DNA from: Paragordius varius
Taxonomy: Eukaryota > Animalia > Nematomorpha
Reading direction: 5' to 3'
Assembly: GCA_964247055.1 (NCBI GenBank)
Contig: OZ176051.1
Location: 6,634,001-6,698,000 of the forward strand
Length of the DNA stretch: 64,000 bases
The position numbers were made by a program, and so were the translations under genes. Shown here piece by piece: positions 58,901 to 64,000 of this stretch (position 1 is the stretch's first letter; every line of letters begins with the position of its first letter). The notes below the pieces were generated by a model. The model saw only the letters and a program-made list of their open reading frames with translations, was not told the DNA's origin and searched no databases.

Positions 58901-60060
58901 TTGGGTGACTTGATTTGATGTTGCAATGATTATTTGATTGTTCAAAATACATGGTTGATTGTTGGAAACATAAGTATATTATTGGGCGACTTAATTTGAT
59001 TGTTGCAATAATTATTTGATTGTTGAAAATATATGGTTGATTGTTGGAAACATAAGTATATTATTGGGCGACTTAATTTGATTGTTGCAATAATTATTTA
59101 ATTGTTGAAAATATATGGTTGATTGTTGAAAATAAATGGTTGATTGTTTTAAATATAAATATATTATTGTTAATTTGATTGTTGCAATAATTATTTGATT
59201 GTTGAAAATACATGGTTGATTGTTGGAAACATAAATATATTATTGGGTGATTTAATTTGATTGTTGCAATAATTATTTGATTGTTGAAAATACATGGTTG
59301 ATAGTTGGAAACATAAATATATTATTGGGTGATTTAATTTTGTTGCAATAATTATTTAATTGTTGAAAATATATGGTTGATTGTTGAAAATAAATGGTTG
59401 ATTGTTTTAAATATAAATATATTAAAGGGTGACTTAATTTGATTGTTGCAATAATTATTTGATTGTTGAAAATACATGGTTGATAGTTGGAAACATAAAT
59501 ATATTATTGGGTGATTTAATTTGATTGTTGCAATAATTATTTGATTGTTGAAAATACATGGTTGATTGTTGGAAACATTAATATGTTATGGGTTATCTTA
59601 ATTTGATTGTTGAAATAATTATTTGATCGTTGAAAATAGATGGTTGATTGTTGGAAACATTAATATGTTATGGGTTACTTAATTGGATTGTTGCAATAAT
59701 TATTTGATTGTTGAAAATACATGGTTGATTGTTGAAAATACATGGTTGATTGTTGGAAACATAAATATAGTATTGGGTGACTTAATTGGATTGTTGCAAT
59801 TATTATTTGATTGTTGAAAATATATGGTTGATTGTTGGAAATATTGAGTGGATTATTAGAAACCGTAAAAATATGATTGGTCGATGTAATTATTTGATTG
59901 TTGAAAATGTTAAGTTGATTGTTGGAAAGAGTAAAATATTATGTGATATCATTGGATTGTTGCAATAATTATTTGATTGTTTAAAATACATGGTATATTG
60001 ATAGAAACATTAATTTATTATTGGGTGATTTAATTAAATTGTTGCAATAATATGTTGATT
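46915..60060. repeat. 13-kb satellite array, ~160 monomers of 79-82 bp (consensus GTTGATTGTTGGAAACATAAATATATTATTGGGTGACTTAATTTGATTGTTGCAATAATTATTTGATTGTTGAAAATACATG)
   Basis: Direct reading: AAAATACATGG recurs every 82 bp (e.g. 52453, 52535), with 81- and 79-bp variants, three TTGATTGTTG cores per monomer and degenerate edges. Confidence 0.98.
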
Positions 60061-63000
60061 CTTTAATAAAATATTGTTGTATATTTTATTTTACTGTTCA
60101 AAAATTATATATATATATATATATATATACGAGATAAGCTTTTTTAAATTATATCCAAAATTGCTGTTACACTATTTTTTGGGGTACACTATTTTAAAAT
60201 CTTCACGTTTACAAAAAAATCAAAAGTTTCTGTGAACACAACTTATATAAAACTTAAAATTGTATACCATTCGCATTACAAAATTTTGCAATAATATTCA
60301 TTTTTCACCGAAAATCTATGTAGGAAATGTTGTTAAATTTTGTCATTTTCTGATTCCCCCAAAAGCTGTAAAAACTTTCTTATATCACCCATACGGTCCA
60401 AATCACCATTTAGCCATAGAAATGGATGTTTCTAGAAACGATATTTGTTGCGAAACAAATACCTATTAATAAAAATTGATTAATATAATTTTTATAATCA
60501 TGCCAAATTATAATATCTATAAAGCTGAATATGCTCAAAACTTAAAAGTAGTTATAGAGAAGATTGAAAAAAATTTTTCATTAAAACATTTTAGTCAAAC
60601 TACTGGTTATTCAAGGGGTTGAGATCACGAACAGACATCTATGGGACTGTAAGAAAAAAAATGAAATTAAGGAATAGATGATGAAAAAATTGAAGGATTC
60701 GAAAAAAAAACATTTTTTTGTCATATGCGATTTGTTGAAGCTACAATGAAAGGCACAATACAGAAACGAGATGAACACGAGATAGCTTCAAGATGAATCT
60801 CAGTGCATATAAATATAACTTATAGCGTAAAATAATTTTTTTGGAGTGTATCTAGCCGCCATTAATATTTTTTAAATGTAACAGCTGTTACAAAAGTCTA
60901 AATATATTTTTAAATGACTCGTACTAAACCAAAAGGACCATAAGAATCCTTATGCATTTTCTTTCAAACAATATGTATTTAAGCAATCTGTTTTATCTGT
61001 GATTTGTGCTATTTAGACCTTACACAGCAAAAGACTGATTTTTTTATTGTTTAGCACATAGTTGTGGATAACTGAACCATTATTTATTTGACCGTTACTA
61101 CCTTGCCTCAAATAAATATATATTTTTTATTTCCCATATCCCATACCTATGTATCATAGTATCCTAAATTACTCATTACTAATAAGTTCCACCATAACAG
61201 CGCTAAATGAACGAATCAATGACACTTGAAGAATCTATTTAGATTAAATCAGCATTCCAGAGTGCATCTTAAAAAAATTAGGCAACATTATCATCAACCA
61301 ACTCGTGGCAGATATATTGTATTTCCCTTAAACTGCAAAATGTAATTAGGCACCTATTTCCTCTCAAGAATTATCCATTTTAATGTGCATACATCAAAAT
61401 TCTTACCGCGTTTTAGTTTTTACGTTTAACCCGAAACCACTATATAAAAATGTCAATGGGTTGTAAAAAATGACACATAATTTTTTATCTTTATAAACTA
61501 TCAAATAATTTGGATAGAAATATAAATTTATTACCAAAAATACTTAAAATGTACGCTTAATTTGCCATCGATTTGGGTAATATTATATATCTTAACAACA
61601 AAGCCGCAAAACCAAAAGAATTATAATGAACTTGATATCACTAGCTTTTAGGAAATGACTTCCAATTTAGTGGAGTGCATATAAACTTACAATGAAATTT
61701 AATCTACATAAAGCGAACTATTGTTAATAGTCCATAATAAGGCATCAATTGGTGTGGAGTCTGTTTATAATGTTCCAGTATGTCGGGCCTTTTATATTTT
61801 ATAAACAAAATAACGGTTTTCTTAAAATTTGAAATTGAACTTAACTTGTTTGTAATTAATACCAAAATCTTTAGACAGATTCTCATAATGAAGTTCACAA
61901 CTTTTGCCATAATAGGAATCACGGGGTTGTATGAAACCATTAAAAAGTTGACTGAATAGCGCATATAAGGTATTATATATAGTCATAATAAAATTTAAAT
62001 GGGTTTATCCATTTTTTGGAAAATTAGTTTAAAGAAATGGTTTCCTACATTTTTAAAAATATAGCCTCAATATATTATTTTATGGATGAACCAGTGTTAT
62101 GCAAAAAACAACACTAATTACATGAAGTGAAAATAGAGGGTTATTTAATAAAGTGGCTTTTCAAGATGGGTATATTAGACGGAGATTTAATGCATCACTT
62201 ACAATTAAACCATCTCCGCTTTTCCGTAATAAAATAGAATTTTTGTGAACGGCTTGAGAGGGCGTGATGTTGGCTTTAAAAAGAGTTTCGTTTATTATGG
62301 GCGCCTTTATTGATGACTAAAAAATACCCAAACTAATTACTTCAAACCGGATATTTTATAATTTTATTTTATTTTATTACTAATTAAAAATATAAATATA
62401 TATATATATATATATATATGAAAAAAATAATATGCATGATATTATATAAAAAAAATAAAATGTATATTCTGCTTACGGGCATACCCTACATTTTTATATG
62501 TATGAAATAATCTCAAAAATTATAATTTGAACTCTATTTCTCCTTTTTAGTCTTATTTTTATTTTCATCACAAAATTATTAAACACATATTTGAGTAACA
62601 TTGTTGCGAAACATATATTTTATCCGTTATTTTTTGTTTACCTGTCCAAAACTGAACAATTTTATTCCAATTATTTAAAAGTATTATATTTTAATGATTA
62701 TTTTCTAATTTAGCTATTTATTAAATTCAATAAATAATTAGTTTTAAAACTGCTGATATTTATATATTGAAATTCTAAAATTTAGCCCGAACTTGTTTAT
62801 AATTTAATATAATTAGAGCTCATATTTTGCATTTTATTACTATTTTCTTATTATATTACTCTTTTTATTGATTGAGAAATGTAATTTATATTTTTTATGG
62901 TATCCAAATTTATGGCCTATCAAGTTATTAAAAATTCTAATTTATTAATGATTAAATATATAATTTTTCCCATGTATAAAAAAGAGACAATTTATTTGGA

Positions 63001-64000
63001 ACACCTTAATTTTATCATTATTAACAAAGCTGTGTATTATCATCGTCGATGTCATTTGGGGCGAATAAGTGTTATATAATCCCTAAAAAAGAGAGGTTTT
63101 GCACAAATTTAAGATTAACTAAAATTGCTTTTAATTTTGATAAGGGGTGTATCCGCGATAAGCGGCGTGGCATATGCGTACGGATGTTTCTTTTATCTCA
63201 TTTTTTATCGTGTGATAACGTTAATGTATAAATATTTTTTACACATTTATTCGATAATGTAGATTTGATATAAGACTTTTATTTTCTGGTCATAACAGTA
63301 TACCTTATAAATTATAAAGGCATTTTCCTTTTCAGGCCGCTTTACTACCACGAAGAGTGACTAATTTTTTACAAAAATAGTCTGGCCAAGGGTAAGTCTT
63401 ATCGGTTATGACTTAGGCTTATTGACGTGTCTGTGAACAATTTTGAAAATAGGCTGTCCAAATTTTCAAACATATGTTTATCACATAATGAAAGGTACAA
63501 TAAATAATATATAATAGAATATCAGAAATTTGGAATTTGGAATCGTTAAATTTTATATTGGTATATTTCAAACTATGTTTCGGCTTCTATTTATAACTAC
63601 CTGGAATTTTGATGAAATAACCGACTATATCTTAAACTATTTGCTTATCCATAATTTAAATTTGCAAATATTTACGATATATAATTTAAATTAATTGACA
63701 ATATATTACTATATAAAATCATTTTTAAAAATTGTAAACGTTTGGACTAGCGTATTGAATTTATATAGGGGGGATAGTGGTTGTTGGTTCTAGCCAAAAG
63801 GAGGTTCGTCTAGGTGATTTGCGTATTTATAATTCAATTTGACATAACTAGTTGAAAATGGTCATTTTTCAAAAAATTCAGTCGCAATATTTGAGAATTT
63901 GGCAAGCAGCCATAATTAAGTGACGAGGAGCCGAGAGGCTTGAAAAATACCTCAACTAGAATAGACGCCCCATAAACGATATATCTGAGGATAAAAAATC

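Noticed and set aside
46915-60060. CRISPR array, or a repetitive protein from the minus-strand ORFs (MYFQQSNNYCNNQIK...)
   Set aside because: There are no unique spacers, no cas genes, and the context is eukaryotic. The 79-82-bp monomers mostly break frame, so the ORFs are chance products of the repeat.

Overview
This is very AT-rich (roughly three-quarters A+T by eye), intron-containing animal DNA, not prokaryotic. Most ORFs in the track are single exons, antisense shadows or repeat artefacts. Spliced host genes, left to right: the 3' end of SMARCAL1 (+, 2813-3410); a large low-complexity SAP130-like gene (+, 3610-9194); an MRCK/CDC42BP-like kinase with kinase, DMPK coil, C1, PH, CNH and CRIB domains (-, 11030 to at least 28840); TTC14 (+, ~31910-38232); and a signal-peptide-bearing SOUL/HEBP-family gene (-, ~44520-45918). 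The 4.2-kb MRCK intron that splits the PH domain hosts two opposite-strand orphan genes: a two-CxxC, Met/Gln/Gly-rich spliced gene and an acidic-head/basic-tail protein with KKDKKGG repeats. Repeats: a 1058-bp composite tandem array (1-1978); a 4.3-kb Chapaev3-type DNA transposon (CACTGTG termini, TTA target duplication, ~550-bp TIRs) whose decayed transposase has 21-, 24- and 27-nt introns and which also carries a LINE-RT-like fragment; two intronic MITE families; a tRNA-derived SINE candidate; and a 13-kb satellite of ~82-bp monomers with higher-order duplications (46915-60060). Highly divergent proteins, compact spacing and very short introns (21-41 nt) suggest a reduced parasitic animal such as a myxozoan or mesozoan; that is inference only. 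All family calls rest on remembered motifs and manual translation, with no database search, and exon coordinates could be off by a few bases.
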